DNA of 64,000 nt from Synechococcus sp. UW140 (GCA_943370375.1 CALRQR020000012.1:4968-68967); one strand, 5' to 3'; positions 18,758-28,128 are shown, numbered from the stretch's first letter. Translations and numbers: made by a program. Notes: generated by a model not told the origin, from the sequence alone.

Positions 18758-20343
18758 GTTTCGCTTACGGTGTGGTTGTCGTGTTTGAGGAAGGCGCGCA
18801 GCTCAACAGGCTGGGCCGCGTTCAGCCGCTGCACGCGCAGCGTCATCCGCCATGCGCCAGTGGCGGGGTTTTTGTAGGCCAGGCTTTCCAGCACGCGGCC
18901 GTTGGCATTGGCACTGGAAACCGCTTCGACCCTGGCGTCCTCGGGCAGCGCATCCAGCGCCGGGCCGGCAAAGTCGATGACGTACTGGACCTGGTCCTTG
19001 AGGTCGGTTCCGGCCTTTGCGTAGCCGAAGCCGCGGCGCGATTGTGTCACCCAGCCGTTGGGCGGCAGCTGCTGGTTCTTGCCTTGCCAGCTGATTTGCC
19101 AGGCGATGTCCAGCGACTGGCCGGGCGCCGGCATTTTTTCTGGCACCCAATAGGCGGCCACGTTGTCGTGCGTTTCATCGGGCGTGGCAAATTGAAAGAG
19201 TTCGACGCGCCCGGCGCCCCAGTCGCCCATGGGCGTAACCCAGGCGCTGGGCCGCATCTCATAGCGGGCTTCGGTGTCTTCGTAGTTGGCAAAGGCGCGG
19301 TCGCGCTGCATCAGGCCAAAGCCCTTGAGCGACTTCATGGCGAAAGACGTCACCAGCGGAGATGCGGGGTTTTGCAGCGGGCGCCACAGCCATTCACCGT
19401 CGCCGGTGGCCATCATCAGGCCGTCGGAGTCGTGCACTTCGGGCCGGAAGTCACCGGGGCGGGGCTGGTTCTCGCCAAAGAAAAACATGCTCGTCAGCGG
19501 CGCGATGCCCAGCGAGGTGATGGGCGCGCTGTTGCCGGAGGTAGAGGCCGGGCGCATGAAGATGCGCGCCTGCACCTTCGTGGTGGTTTGCTCGCCGGCC
19601 TGGATGTCAAAGCGGTAGGCACCCGTCATGCGTTCCGAATCCATCACGGCATACACCGTCAGCTGTTTGCTGTCACCGCTGGGCTTTTGCAGCCAGAAAT
19701 CGGTGAAGCGGGGAAACTCTTCTTTGGCGCCGCCCGGGCCGCCGGCCGTGTCGACGGCCAGGCCGCGTGCCGAAAGGCCGTAGCGCTGGCCAGAGCCGAG
19801 GGCCCGGAAGTAGCTCGCACCGGTGAACACCACCAGCTCATCCTTGTAGGTGGGTGAGTTGAGGTTGCTGAAAAAGCGCACGCCGCCGTGGCCCAGGTCG
19901 CCCCAGGTCTCAGGTGACAGTTTGTTTTTTCCGAAATTAAAGGTAGCCGGGTCGTAGGGAAGGCGCTTCACGCCGCTTGTCGTGATTTCGTGAATGCGAA
20001 CCGAATCGCCATGCCGGCCGACGTGGAAAAAGTTCGCTTCAAAGGGCAGTTGGTCGGCGCGCCACAGCGTGCTGGCGGCATTGAAACGGATGTCGCGGTA
20101 GTCGTCGTATTCCATCTTCGCCAGCTCGGCAGGCACGGCGTGGGAGGCCTCGCGCCAAGGCGCTTGCGAGCGCTGGCGGGCGATTGCGGCCACATCGTCC
20201 AGGTCGAAGGCGTGCGCCTGACCCGCTGCGAGCGTCAGGACTGCAAGGCTTGCGCAGGCCGCGATACGGGCCCGCAGGAGGAAACTGGCGCGGCGGTTGC
20301 GGCTGCCGGAGGTGTTGAAAAAAGGCAGGAAAAAAGCTGGCAT
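18733..20343 (-). CDS. opgG: periplasmic glucans biosynthesis protein OpgG/OpgD family
   Basis: The mature region FDLDDVA...YDDYRDIRFN...GASYFRALG...YGLSARGLAVDT aligns with E. coli OpgG. It has a 45-aa signal peptide containing NRRASFLL. Confidence 0.93.
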   Translation of the reverse strand: MPAFFLPFFNTSGSRNRRASFLLRARIAACASLAVLTLAAGQAHAFDLDDVAAIARQRSQAPWREASHAVPAELAKMEYDDYRDIRFNAASTLWRADQLPFEANFFHVGRHGDSVRIHEITTSGVKRLPYDPATFNFGKNKLSPETWGDLGHGGVRFFSNLNSPTYKDELVVFTGASYFRALGSGQRYGLSARGLAVDTAGGPGGAKEEFPRFTDFWLQKPSGDSKQLTVYAVMDSERMTGAYRFDIQAGEQTTTKVQARIFMRPASTSGNSAPITSLGIAPLTSMFFFGENQPRPGDFRPEVHDSDGLMMATGDGEWLWRPLQNPASPLVTSFAMKSLKGFGLMQRDRAFANYEDTEARYEMRPSAWVTPMGDWGAGRVELFQFATPDETHDNVAAYWVPEKMPAPGQSLDIAWQISWQGKNQQLPPNGWVTQSRRGFGYAKAGTDLKDQVQYVIDFAGPALDALPEDARVEAVSSANANGRVLESLAYKNPATGAWRMTLRVQRLNAAQPVELRAFLKHDNHTVSETWTNLITP

Positions 20344-20355
20344 GCCATGACTAGG

Positions 20356-20370
20356 GCAAACCCTGTGCCA
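20356..20370 (-). promoter_or_regulatory. sigma-54 (-24/-12) promoter directed into opgG
   Basis: The minus strand reads TGGCAC-AGGGT-TTGC, an exact match to TGGCAC-N5-TTGC. The GC of the -12 element is at 20357/20356 and the opgG ATG starts at 20343. Confidence 0.7.
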
Positions 20371-20389
20371 GTTTCAAAAAACTGTTTTA

Positions 20390-20402
20390 AATCAATGGCT
20401 TG
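20390..20402 (+). promoter_or_regulatory. IHF core site candidate
   Basis: AATCAATGGCTTG is a perfect WATCAANNNNTTR. It lies between the sigma-54 element and the upstream palindromes. A second perfect core, AATCAAAGGCTTA, is at 20514-20526 inside a 26-bp direct repeat. Confidence 0.5.
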
Positions 20403-20463
20403 GAAGTGATACCTGACATAACCAAATGTAATCAGACTCAGATGCGGCGAGAACCGCGTTTTT

Positions 20464-20481
20464 TGTCGCCAATCAGCGACA
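20464..20481. promoter_or_regulatory. GlrR-type enhancer site 1 (TGTC-N10-GACA)
   Basis: TGTCGCCAATCAGCGACA is a perfect TGTCGC-N6-GCGACA palindrome, about 100 bp upstream of the -24 element. Confidence 0.6.
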
Positions 20482-20530
20482 CGTTTCAGTGGCGAGTGAA
20501 TTAAACCGTTTTAAATCAAAGGCTTAAGGC

Positions 20531-20548
20531 TGTCGCCGGAGAGCGACG
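20531..20548. promoter_or_regulatory. GlrR-type enhancer site 2
   Basis: TGTCGCCGGAGAGCGACG has the same arms with one mismatch. A GCGACA half-site follows at 20564-20569. Confidence 0.5.
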
Positions 20549-20589
20549 GCGCGCTGCGAGGTAGCGACAAATCCGGTGAGACCCCGGCA

Positions 20590-21954
20590 CTAGGCCTTGA
20601 AGTGGCCCGGCGTCAGCCCGTGCTTTTGCATCAGCCGGTAAAACTCGGTCCGGTTGCGGTCGGCCAGACGGGCCGCATCGGCCACGTTGCCGTCCGTCAG
20701 TTTGAGCAGGCCCACCAGGTAGTCACGCTCAAAGTGCTGCTTGGCTTCGGCAAAAGTGAGCACCTGCACGCTGGGGGAGCGCAGCGCCCGCTGAACCAGC
20801 GCCAGCGGCACCAGCGGTGTGGTCGACAGCGCGCAGACCTGCTCCACGACGTTGTAGAGCTGACGCACGTTGCCCGGCCAGGCGGCGGTGGTCAGGGCCT
20901 TGAGGGCTTCGGGCGCGAAGCCGCTCAGGCGCTTGTCGTACTTGGCCGCCAGCTTCAAGAGGAAGTGGTTGGCCAGCAGCGGAATGTCTTCGCGCCGCTC
21001 CGACAGCGGCGGCAGGGTCAGCGTGACCACATTGAGCCGGTAATACAGGTCGGCGCGGAACTGGCCCTCGGCCATGGCGGCGTCCAGGTCGCGGTGCGTG
21101 GCCGAGATGATGCGCACGTCCACCGGAATCGACTGGCTGGAGCCCAGCGGCCGCACCACGCGCTCTTGCAGCACACGCAGCAGCTTGACCTGCAGCGCAG
21201 GCGGCATGTCACCGATCTCGTCGAGCAGCAAGGTGCCGCCGTCGGCCGCCTGGAAGAGGCCTTTGTGGTTGGCCACCGCGTCGGTGAAGGCGCCCTTGAC
21301 GTGGCCGAACAGCTCGGACTCGAGCAGGGCTTCAGGAATGGCGCCGCAATTGACCGCGATGAAGGGCTTGCTGGCCCGCGCGCCACCCTGGTGGATGGCC
21401 TGGGCGAGCAGCTCTTTGCCGGTGCCGCTTTCGCCGCGCAGCAGCACGCTGGCGTCTGATTGCGCCACCATGCGTGCTTCGGCCAATGCTTCGGCCATGC
21501 GGCTGGACCGGCTGATGATCTGGTTCTGCCAGGCTTCGGGGCTGCCCCGTCTGGCCGGGTTGGCGGGGGCGCTCAGCGCCAGCGCCTGGGCGATCTTGTC
21601 GAGCAGCCCCTTGCCGTCAAAAGGCTTGGTGAGGTAGGTAAACACACCGCGCTCGGTCGCTTCCACGGCGTCGGGGATGGTGCCGTGTGCGGTCAGCAAG
21701 ATCACGGGAAGCGACGGGTGTTGCTGGCGGATATCGTCAAAGAGCGCCAGGCCGTCGCGCCCGGGCAGGCGCACATCGCTGAGCACCAGCTGCGGCCGCT
21801 CGATATGCAATTGCGTGAGCGCGGCTTCGGCCGACGTGACGGCGGTCACGCGGTAGCCCGCTGCCGTGAGCCGCATGGTGAGCAGGCGCAGCATGTCCGC
21901 ATCGTCATCCACGACGAGCAGGTGCGGCGATATGGCGCTGGCGGAATCGGTCAT
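20590..21954 (-). CDS. glrR: sigma-54-dependent response regulator, GlrR/QseF orthologue
   Basis: Collinear with E. coli GlrR from memory: REC (LLVVDDD...SDVRLPGRDG), AAA+ (GESGTGKE, ESELFGHVKGAFT) and HTH (GNVADAARLADRNRTEFYRLMQKHGL). Confidence 0.85.
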   Translation of the reverse strand: MTDSASAISPHLLVVDDDADMLRLLTMRLTAAGYRVTAVTSAEAALTQLHIERPQLVLSDVRLPGRDGLALFDDIRQQHPSLPVILLTAHGTIPDAVEATERGVFTYLTKPFDGKGLLDKIAQALALSAPANPARRGSPEAWQNQIISRSSRMAEALAEARMVAQSDASVLLRGESGTGKELLAQAIHQGGARASKPFIAVNCGAIPEALLESELFGHVKGAFTDAVANHKGLFQAADGGTLLLDEIGDMPPALQVKLLRVLQERVVRPLGSSQSIPVDVRIISATHRDLDAAMAEGQFRADLYYRLNVVTLTLPPLSERREDIPLLANHFLLKLAAKYDKRLSGFAPEALKALTTAAWPGNVRQLYNVVEQVCALSTTPLVPLALVQRALRSPSVQVLTFAEAKQHFERDYLVGLLKLTDGNVADAARLADRNRTEFYRLMQKHGLTPGHFKA

Positions 21955-22601
21955 GGTGCGGCGGGCCGGGTTCGGCCGGCGGCAGGCGCCGAGGCCGGGG
22001 CGGCGGGCGGGCGGCTGGTCAGGCTGCGTTCAATCGCCTTGAGCGCTTCCAGCCGCTCGTTGGTTTGGTCCAGCCTGCGCTGTACGTCGCGCAGCTGCTG
22101 GGTTTGTTTGTCCAGTTGTTCTTCCAGGCGGCGCTGCTCGGCATAGCGCGACGCCAGCAGCCGGGCCAGCGGGTGCAGCGCCTGGGCGTCGGCATTGCCC
22201 AGCACGCGGGCCAGCAATTCCTGGGCGCGAATCAGCTCGGGCAACTGACGCAGCTGGCTCAGCACCAGCGACAGTTGAATCTGGGCTTCGGGGCTGGCGG
22301 CGTCGCCCAGCCGGGCGGCTTCCTGCGTGAGGTCGGCCGGCGGCATGACGCGCACGCGCTCGGCATAGGCCAGCATGCGCAGCGTCATGCCGCTGGCAAA
22401 CACCACGGCCTCGGGCAGTGGTGTGGGAGGGCTGGTGCTGGCCCGCGCGGCCTCTGCGGCAGAGGCCGCGGCCCGGGCTGCCTGAACGGCTGCGGCGTCA
22501 GGGGTGCGCTCGGGGGCAGGGCCGCTGCTGCACGCGGCCAGCAAGGCCGCCGTCGTCAGGGTTGCCAGCAGGCGAGGGGAAAAATCAGTACTTGGAAACA
22601 T
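21951..22601 (-). CDS. QseG/YfhG-like lipoprotein
   Basis: Lipobox LLAAC|S, an Ala/Gln/Leu-rich coiled-coil body, and the same position between kinase and regulator as E. coli yfhG (qseG). Confidence 0.65.
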   Translation of the reverse strand: MFPSTDFSPRLLATLTTAALLAACSSGPAPERTPDAAAVQAARAAASAAEAARASTSPPTPLPEAVVFASGMTLRMLAYAERVRVMPPADLTQEAARLGDAASPEAQIQLSLVLSQLRQLPELIRAQELLARVLGNADAQALHPLARLLASRYAEQRRLEEQLDKQTQQLRDVQRRLDQTNERLEALKAIERSLTSRPPAAPASAPAAGRTRPAAP

Positions 22602-24006
22602 GGGGTAGCTCTATTCTGAAGTGTGCACCAGGCTGGTCCGGCATCAGGGAGATGCTTCCGCCGTGCGCGGCAATGTATTCATGGACGATGGAAAGGCCAA
22701 TCCCGCTGCCGCGCACCACGTCGGTGGGCTGGCGTTCGCCGCGGTAGAAGGGCTCGAATATGCGCTCGCGGTCGCCTTCGGCCACACCCACGCCCTGGTC
22801 GTGGATGTCGATGCGGGCAAAGCCGTGCTGGTGGCTCAGCTCGAGGCGGATCAAGCCCTTGGCCGGCGAGTAGCGGATGGCGTTGGACAGCAGGTTGGCC
22901 AGCGCCGTACCGATTTTTTCGGTGTCGATTTCCATCAGCAGCGGCTCACCGACGACGGTGACGGCCAATTCCTTGGCGCGCCACTGCAGTCGCTGCGCAT
23001 AGACCTGCTCTTCCAGCACCTGCAGCAGATCGACGCTTTGGCGGCGCAGCTGGCGCGCCTCGAAGGCGGCGGTGTTAAAGCGCAGCAGGTCTTCGATCTG
23101 GCTTTGCAGCACGCCCGTGTTGTGTTTGAGGATTTGCGCGATCTCGCGCTGGTCGCTGGTCAGCGTGCCGGCCACGCCGTCTTCGAGCAGGGACACGCCT
23201 TCGCGCAGCGAAGCCAGCGGCGTCTTGAGCTCGTGCGAGATGTGGCGCAAAAAGCGCGACTTGTCGGCGTCCAGCTCGACCAGCCGCAGGCGCAGCCAGT
23301 TCAGCCGCTGCCCGACCAGCGCCAGGTCGGCCGGGCCCTGGATGGCGATGACCTGGTCAAGGCGGTTTTCGCCCAGGCCGACGATGGCGTTTTCCAGGCG
23401 CCGCAGCGGCAGCGTGAACCACACGCCGAAAGCCAGCGCCATGGCCACCGCCAGCACGATGGCCCAGGTGACTTGCTGCGTCAGCTGCTGCCGGCTGGCC
23501 TCGAGCTTGCCTTCCAGCGACTTGTTGCGCTGCTGGATGGCTTGCTGAACCTGTACCGCGATGGCGGCGTTGATGGCCTCCAGTTCGCGAAACTCCTGCG
23601 CGAGCTGGCGTTCGCGCTCCAGCGCGGTGTCGGGCGGGCCGGTCAGCAGGCCGGCAATGGCCTGCAGGTGGGCGCGCCACTGCCGGGCCTTCGCCACGGG
23701 GATGTCTTCGCGGGCCAGGCCGTCCAGGATTTCGGTGGTCTCGCGCACTTCTTCGCCAAAGCGGCCCCTGAGCACCCGGTCGTCCAGCACGACGGACTGC
23801 CGCGAGGTGCGCTCCATCGAAAGGCTGCGCTCGCTAAGCGACTGCGCCGCGCCGCTGAGATCCAGCGCGCGTGCGGCATTGCTGCGACTTTGCTGCGTGA
23901 GGTCTTCCAGGGTGAACAGGGCACGCAGCGAGGCGGCGCCCAGCAGTGCGGCGATCAGCAGGAAAGCGATCACCAGCAACTGGCGGAACGAGAATCTCTG
24001 CAGCAT
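22585..24006 (-). CDS. glrK: sensor histidine kinase, GlrK/QseE-like
   Basis: Two TM helices plus HAMP, an H-box FLRHISHELKTPL, and HATPase (NLLSNAIRYSP, GSGIGLSIVHEY). 473 aa, the same size class as GlrK. Confidence 0.8.
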   Translation of the reverse strand: MLQRFSFRQLLVIAFLLIAALLGAASLRALFTLEDLTQQSRSNAARALDLSGAAQSLSERSLSMERTSRQSVVLDDRVLRGRFGEEVRETTEILDGLAREDIPVAKARQWRAHLQAIAGLLTGPPDTALERERQLAQEFRELEAINAAIAVQVQQAIQQRNKSLEGKLEASRQQLTQQVTWAIVLAVAMALAFGVWFTLPLRRLENAIVGLGENRLDQVIAIQGPADLALVGQRLNWLRLRLVELDADKSRFLRHISHELKTPLASLREGVSLLEDGVAGTLTSDQREIAQILKHNTGVLQSQIEDLLRFNTAAFEARQLRRQSVDLLQVLEEQVYAQRLQWRAKELAVTVVGEPLLMEIDTEKIGTALANLLSNAIRYSPAKGLIRLELSHQHGFARIDIHDQGVGVAEGDRERIFEPFYRGERQPTDVVRGSGIGLSIVHEYIAAHGGSISLMPDQPGAHFRIELPHVSKY

Positions 24007-24039
24007 GCGCGTAGGGTGCGTCAGCAGCGCGCTGGGGCG

Positions 24040-25383
24040 TCAGGCCGCAACAGCGACGTCCCGCGTGAGGACTTCGCCGCGCAGCGAGCGCTGCGTGGCC
24101 TGGGTGATGGTGATGTCCAGCATCTGGCCGATGAGGCGCGGCTGACCCTTGAAGTTGACCACGCGGTTGCACTCGGTGCGGCCCATGAGCTCGGTCGGGT
24201 CCTTGCGCGAAGCGCCTTCCACCAGAATGCGCTGCACCGTGCCCTGGCGGCTGGCGCTGATGGCGCGCACGCTGTCGTCAATGGTGGCTTGCAGGTGCTG
24301 CAGGCGCTTGAGCTTGACCTCGTGCGGCGTGTCGTCGTGCAGTGCGGCGGCGGGAGTGCCGGGGCGCGGGCTGTAGATAAAGCTGAATGACGTGTCGTAG
24401 CCGATCTCGTCGATCAGCTTCATCATCTTGCCGAAGTCGTCTTCGGTCTCGCCGGGAAAGCCGACGATGAAATCGCTGCTCATGGCCAGGTCCGGGCGAA
24501 TGGCGCGCAGCTTGCGGATGGTGCTTTTGTATTCCATGGCGGTGTAGCCGCGCTTCATCGCCATCAGGATGCGGTCCGAGCCGTGTTGCACCGGCAGGTG
24601 CAGGTGGTTCACCAGCTTGGGGAGCTTGGCATAGGCGTCGATCAGGCGCTGCGTGAACTCGTTAGGGTGGCTGGTGACGTAGCGGATGCGTTCGATGCCG
24701 GGAATGTCGGAGACGTATTCGAGCAAGGTCGCAAAATCGGCGATCTCGGCCGTGCCACCCATGGGACCGCGGTAGGCGTTGACGTTCTGGCCCAGCAGCG
24801 TGACTTCCTTGACGCCCTGGTCGGCCAGGCCGGCAACTTCGACCAGCACGTCCTCAAAGGGGCGCGAGACCTCTTCGCCGCGGGTGTAGGGCACCACGCA
24901 GTAGCTGCAGTATTTGGAGCAGCCTTCCATGATGCTGACGAAGGCGCTGGCGCCCTCGACGCGCGCCGGCGGCAGGTGGTCGAATTTTTCGATCTCGGGA
25001 AAGCTGATGTCGACCTGCGGCTTGCCCAGGCGGGCGCGGTTGGACAAGAGTTGCGGCAGGCGGTGCAGCGTCTGCGGGCCGAACACCACATCCACATACG
25101 GCGCGCGCTGGATGATGGCCGCGCCTTCCTGGCTGGCCACGCAGCCGCCCACACCGATCAGCACGCCCTTTTCTTTGAGGTGCTTGACGCGGCCCAGGTC
25201 GCTGAAGACTTTTTCCTGCGCCTTTTCTCGCACCGAGCAGGTGTTGAAGAGGATCAGGTCGGCCTGCTCCATGTCCTGCGTGGGCTCGTAACCCTCGGCG
25301 GCATGGAGCACATCGGACATCTTGTCCGAGTCGTACTCGTTCATCTGGCAGCCGAAGGTTTTGATAAAGACTTTTTTGCTCAT
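24040..25383 (-). CDS. miaB: tRNA-i6A37 methylthiotransferase
   Basis: [19 protein letters not shown]..., the radical-SAM [11 protein letters not shown] motif and a TRAM C-terminus. The start is at the ATG at 25383. Confidence 0.95.
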   Translation of the reverse strand: MSKKVFIKTFGCQMNEYDSDKMSDVLHAAEGYEPTQDMEQADLILFNTCSVREKAQEKVFSDLGRVKHLKEKGVLIGVGGCVASQEGAAIIQRAPYVDVVFGPQTLHRLPQLLSNRARLGKPQVDISFPEIEKFDHLPPARVEGASAFVSIMEGCSKYCSYCVVPYTRGEEVSRPFEDVLVEVAGLADQGVKEVTLLGQNVNAYRGPMGGTAEIADFATLLEYVSDIPGIERIRYVTSHPNEFTQRLIDAYAKLPKLVNHLHLPVQHGSDRILMAMKRGYTAMEYKSTIRKLRAIRPDLAMSSDFIVGFPGETEDDFGKMMKLIDEIGYDTSFSFIYSPRPGTPAAALHDDTPHEVKLKRLQHLQATIDDSVRAISASRQGTVQRILVEGASRKDPTELMGRTECNRVVNFKGQPRLIGQMLDITITQATQRSLRGEVLTRDVAVAA

Positions 25384-25440
25384 GATGTGCTGTCGGGGGC
25401 TGGATATCGGAGGGGCAGTGGCGGCGGCGGCCACCGTACT

Positions 25441-25488
25441 GCTATTAATTTAGGAGCTGCTTGCCCATGACCTGAAAGGGCTGGAGGC
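25441..25488 (+). repeat. Type-1 intergenic repeat, copy 3
   Basis: GCTATTAATTTAGGAGCTGCTTGCCCATGACCTGAAAGGGCTGGAGGC. Confidence 0.6.
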
Positions 25489-25532
25489 TGATTTCATGCA
25501 TGACCGCCGATGGGCGGCCGATGCGATGCCAA

Positions 25533-26000
25533 TTACTGCTTGTAGGCCGGCAACTGGTGGTACGGCGTCTTGCCGTCGTCCGCGGGCGCCGTGGTGCCGG
25601 AGCCGGTGGTGAAGTTGAAAAAGGTGTCCTTGTTGCCGGCACGCTTTTCCTTGGCTTCTTCGGGATTGAGGATCCACACGTCCTGCACCTGGCCCGTGTT
25701 GTTGCGCAGGTAGTTCACTACCAGTTTCTGGTTGAGAAACGGGCCGGACATCACAAAATTGTTGTTGATGTCGCGGATGCGCGCACCGACCGAGAGGCGG
25801 TCCTGCTTGCCGTCCATCGAGATCACCGGCGGCGCCAGGACCACCATTTCACCGCGCACGGCCTTGGGCGGAAATTTACGGACGTTGAGTTTGGCGGGCG
25901 CTTCCGGGTCGGTTTGCGCCAGGGCCGGCAGGCCCAGCAGGCCGGCAACGGCGGCCAGCGCCACGAGGAAGGGAGTCAGACGGGAATTGCAGCGGTTCAT
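25533..26000 (-). CDS. hypothetical secreted protein
   Basis: Signal peptide MNRCNSRLTPFLVALAAVAGLLGLPALAQT. The codon usage is gene-like. I recognise no family. Confidence 0.6.
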   Translation of the reverse strand: MNRCNSRLTPFLVALAAVAGLLGLPALAQTDPEAPAKLNVRKFPPKAVRGEMVVLAPPVISMDGKQDRLSVGARIRDINNNFVMSGPFLNQKLVVNYLRNNTGQVQDVWILNPEEAKEKRAGNKDTFFNFTTGSGTTAPADDGKTPYHQLPAYKQ

Positions 26001-26117
26001 GGTATGTGTCCAGAGGCTGTTGAATATCAAAAGGATAGCAAAGAATGGCGCAGTGACGCGCTAAATAACGTCACAAGCGTCACAAAAAGACCCGGCAAAG
26101 CTAAGAACACAAAGAAC

Positions 26118-26150
26118 AAAGCCCCAGGGGAGGGGACCCTCTGGGGCTTT
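26118..26150 (-). terminator. terminator downstream of the tRNA
   Basis: The minus strand reads AAAGCCCCAG-AGGGTCCCCTCCC-CTGGGGCTTT followed by GTTCTTTGTGTTCTT. Confidence 0.55.
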
Positions 26151-26162
26151 GAAAAGTATTCC

Positions 26163-26239
26163 TGGTGGTCGTAGGTGGACTTGAACCACCGACATCAGCA
26201 TTATGAATGCTGCGCTCTAACCAACTGAGCTATACGACC
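26163..26239 (-). tRNA. tRNA with CAT anticodon (elongator Met, or Ile2 if lysidinylated)
   Basis: The minus strand reads GGTCGTATAGCTCAGTTGGTTAGAGCGCAGCATTCATAATGCTGATGTCGGTGGTTCAAGTCCACCTACGACCACCA. It has a 7-bp acceptor stem, the anticodon loop TTCATAA and an encoded CCA. G1-C72 and a non-GGG anticodon stem exclude the initiator. Confidence 0.93.
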
Positions 26240-26248
26240 GAACCCAGG

Positions 26249-26254
26249 ATTATA
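26249..26254 (-). promoter_or_regulatory. -10 box candidate for the tRNA
   Basis: A perfect TATAAT on the minus strand, 9 nt upstream of the mature 5' end. The only TTGGCA (26275-26280) is 20 bp away, which is too far, so the -35 is unresolved. Confidence 0.4.
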
Positions 26255-26293
26255 GCCAAAACTTCGGCGGTTTATGCCAACCCCCGTCCAGGC

Positions 26294-27088
26294 TCACTTG
26301 TGTTTAAACAACGGTTTGCGCTTGTTCACAAAGGCGTCCATGCCTTCTTTCTGGTCTTCGGTGGAGAACAGGGAGTGAAAGAGGCGCCGCTCGAACATCA
26401 CGCCGTCGCTGAGGCCGCTTTCGAAGGCGCGGTTGATGGCCTCTTTGGCGGCCATGACGCTGGTGCGGCCGAAGCCGCAGATCAGCAGTGCGGCGCCCAG
26501 GGCCTCGTCCATCAGTTTGTCCAGCGGCACCACACGGCTCACCAGCCCCGAGCGCTCGGCCTCCTGGGCGTCCATCATGCGGCCGGTCAGGGCCATGTCC
26601 ATGGCTTTGGATTTGCCCACGGCGCGCGGCAGGCGCTGCGTGCCGCCGGCGCCGGGGATGATGCCCAGCTTGATTTCGGGCTGGCCGAACTTGGCGTTGT
26701 CGGCGGCGATGATGAAGTCGCACATCATGGCCAGTTCGCAGCCGCCGCCCAGGGCAAAACCGCTGACCGCCGCGATCACCGGCTTGCGCACGCTGCGGAT
26801 GTGTTCCCAGTTACGGGTGATGTAATCCTGGCCGTAGACGTCGGCAAAGGTGTAGCTGGCCATGGCGCCGATGTCGGCGCCGGCGGCAAAGGCCTTTTCA
26901 CTGCCGGTCAGGATGATGCAGCCGATGCTGTCGTCGGCGTCAAAGCCTTTGAGCGCCTGGCCCAGCTCGTCCATGAGCTGGTCGTTCAGGGCGTTGAGCT
27001 GCTTGGGCCGGTTCAGGGTGACGATGCCCACTTTGAGGCCTTCGGGGCCTTCGGTGCGGGTTTCAAGGGTTTCGTAGGTGGAGGGCAT
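26294..27088 (-). CDS. enoyl-CoA hydratase (crotonase family)
   Basis: [12 protein letters not shown] ... FAAGADI ... [11 protein letters not shown] crotonase signatures. The start is at the ATG at 27088. Confidence 0.9.
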   Translation of the reverse strand: MPSTYETLETRTEGPEGLKVGIVTLNRPKQLNALNDQLMDELGQALKGFDADDSIGCIILTGSEKAFAAGADIGAMASYTFADVYGQDYITRNWEHIRSVRKPVIAAVSGFALGGGCELAMMCDFIIAADNAKFGQPEIKLGIIPGAGGTQRLPRAVGKSKAMDMALTGRMMDAQEAERSGLVSRVVPLDKLMDEALGAALLICGFGRTSVMAAKEAINRAFESGLSDGVMFERRLFHSLFSTEDQKEGMDAFVNKRKPLFKHK

Positions 27089-27197
27089 GTGAGAAGTCCT
27101 TTGAGCTGGAATGCATCGTAAAAGCGTCTCCAATGATGCCATGCGCCGGCGGCCGCAACCTGGCTTGCAATGCTAGATTCGGGAGAGGAGACCTCTC

Positions 27198-28025
27198 ATG
27201 ACCGCACCTGATTCCACCCCCGCCAACAGCGCCGCAGATTCCCCCGTTCTGTACAACACCGAAGGCGCTGTCGCCGTCGTCACGCTCAACCGCCCGCAGG
27301 CGCTCAACAGTTTCACCCGGCAGATGCACCGCGAGCTGTGGGCTGCGCTGGACAAGGCGGAAGCCGACCCGCAGATCCGGGCGCTCGTGATCACCGGCGC
27401 GGGCCGCGGGTTTTGCGCGGGCGCGGACCTGGCCGAGTTCGACTTCGCGCCCGGCCCCAGGCGCATCGAGCGCGCCGACCCCGGCCCGCTGATCGACCAG
27501 GCCTTCAACCCCACGGTGCGCCGCCTGCTGGGGCTGCGCATGCCCACGGTGGCGGCCGTCAACGGCGTGGCGGCCGGCGCGGGCGCCTCATTGGCGATGA
27601 CCTGCGACATGGCGGTGGCCGCGCCCGGTGCCAGTTTTATCCAGGCCTTCAGCAAGATCGGCCTGGTGCCCGACGCCGGCAGCAGCTGGCTGCTGGTGCA
27701 AAAACTGGGGCTGGCCCGCGCGATGGCGCTGGCTTTCACCGGCGACAAATTGCCGGCCGCGCAGGCCAAAGAGTGGGGCCTGATCTGGGACGTGGCAGAG
27801 GACCCGCTGGCCGCCGCCACGGCGATGGCGCAGCGTCTGGCGGCCCTGCCGACGCGGGCGCTGGTGGCGACACGGCAGCTCATGCGTGAAGGCGTGACCC
27901 GTACCTTGAACCAGCAGCTCGATGCCGAGCGCGACATGCAGTCGGCCCTGGGCCATACGCATGATTACTTCGAGGGGGTGGCGGCTTTTCTTGAAAAGCG
28001 GCCGGCGGCTTTCAAGGGCGAATGA
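27198..28025 (+). CDS. enoyl-CoA hydratase/isomerase family protein (PaaG-like)
   Basis: VTLNRPQALNSF ... GAGRGFCAGADL ... AAVNGVAAGAGASLAMTCD. A GGGAGAGGAG RBS precedes the ATG. Confidence 0.88.
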   Translation: MTAPDSTPANSAADSPVLYNTEGAVAVVTLNRPQALNSFTRQMHRELWAALDKAEADPQIRALVITGAGRGFCAGADLAEFDFAPGPRRIERADPGPLIDQAFNPTVRRLLGLRMPTVAAVNGVAAGAGASLAMTCDMAVAAPGASFIQAFSKIGLVPDAGSSWLLVQKLGLARAMALAFTGDKLPAAQAKEWGLIWDVAEDPLAAATAMAQRLAALPTRALVATRQLMREGVTRTLNQQLDAERDMQSALGHTHDYFEGVAAFLEKRPAAFKGE

Positions 28026-28034
28026 GCTTTTGTT

Positions 28035-28082
28035 GCTATGCTTTTTATAGCTACTTGCCAAGGCGCATAAAGGGCTAGAGCC
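28035..28082 (+). repeat. Type-1 intergenic repeat, copy 4
   Basis: GCTATGCTTTTTATAGCTACTTGCCAAGGCGCATAAAGGGCTAGAGCC. Confidence 0.65.
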
Positions 28083-28128
28083 CGTTTTTATTATAAAGCG
28101 CTGTTGCGCCACCGGCCTTTATCAGCGT

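Noticed and set aside
26163-26239. Calling the tRNA definitively tRNA-Met, or treating it as an integration hotspot.
   Set aside because: The CAT anticodon is shared with tRNA-Ile2. The T-arm and C4-G69 resemble E. coli Ile2, whereas the anticodon stem resembles elongator Met, so the identity is left open. There is no integrase or direct repeat of the tRNA 3' end nearby.
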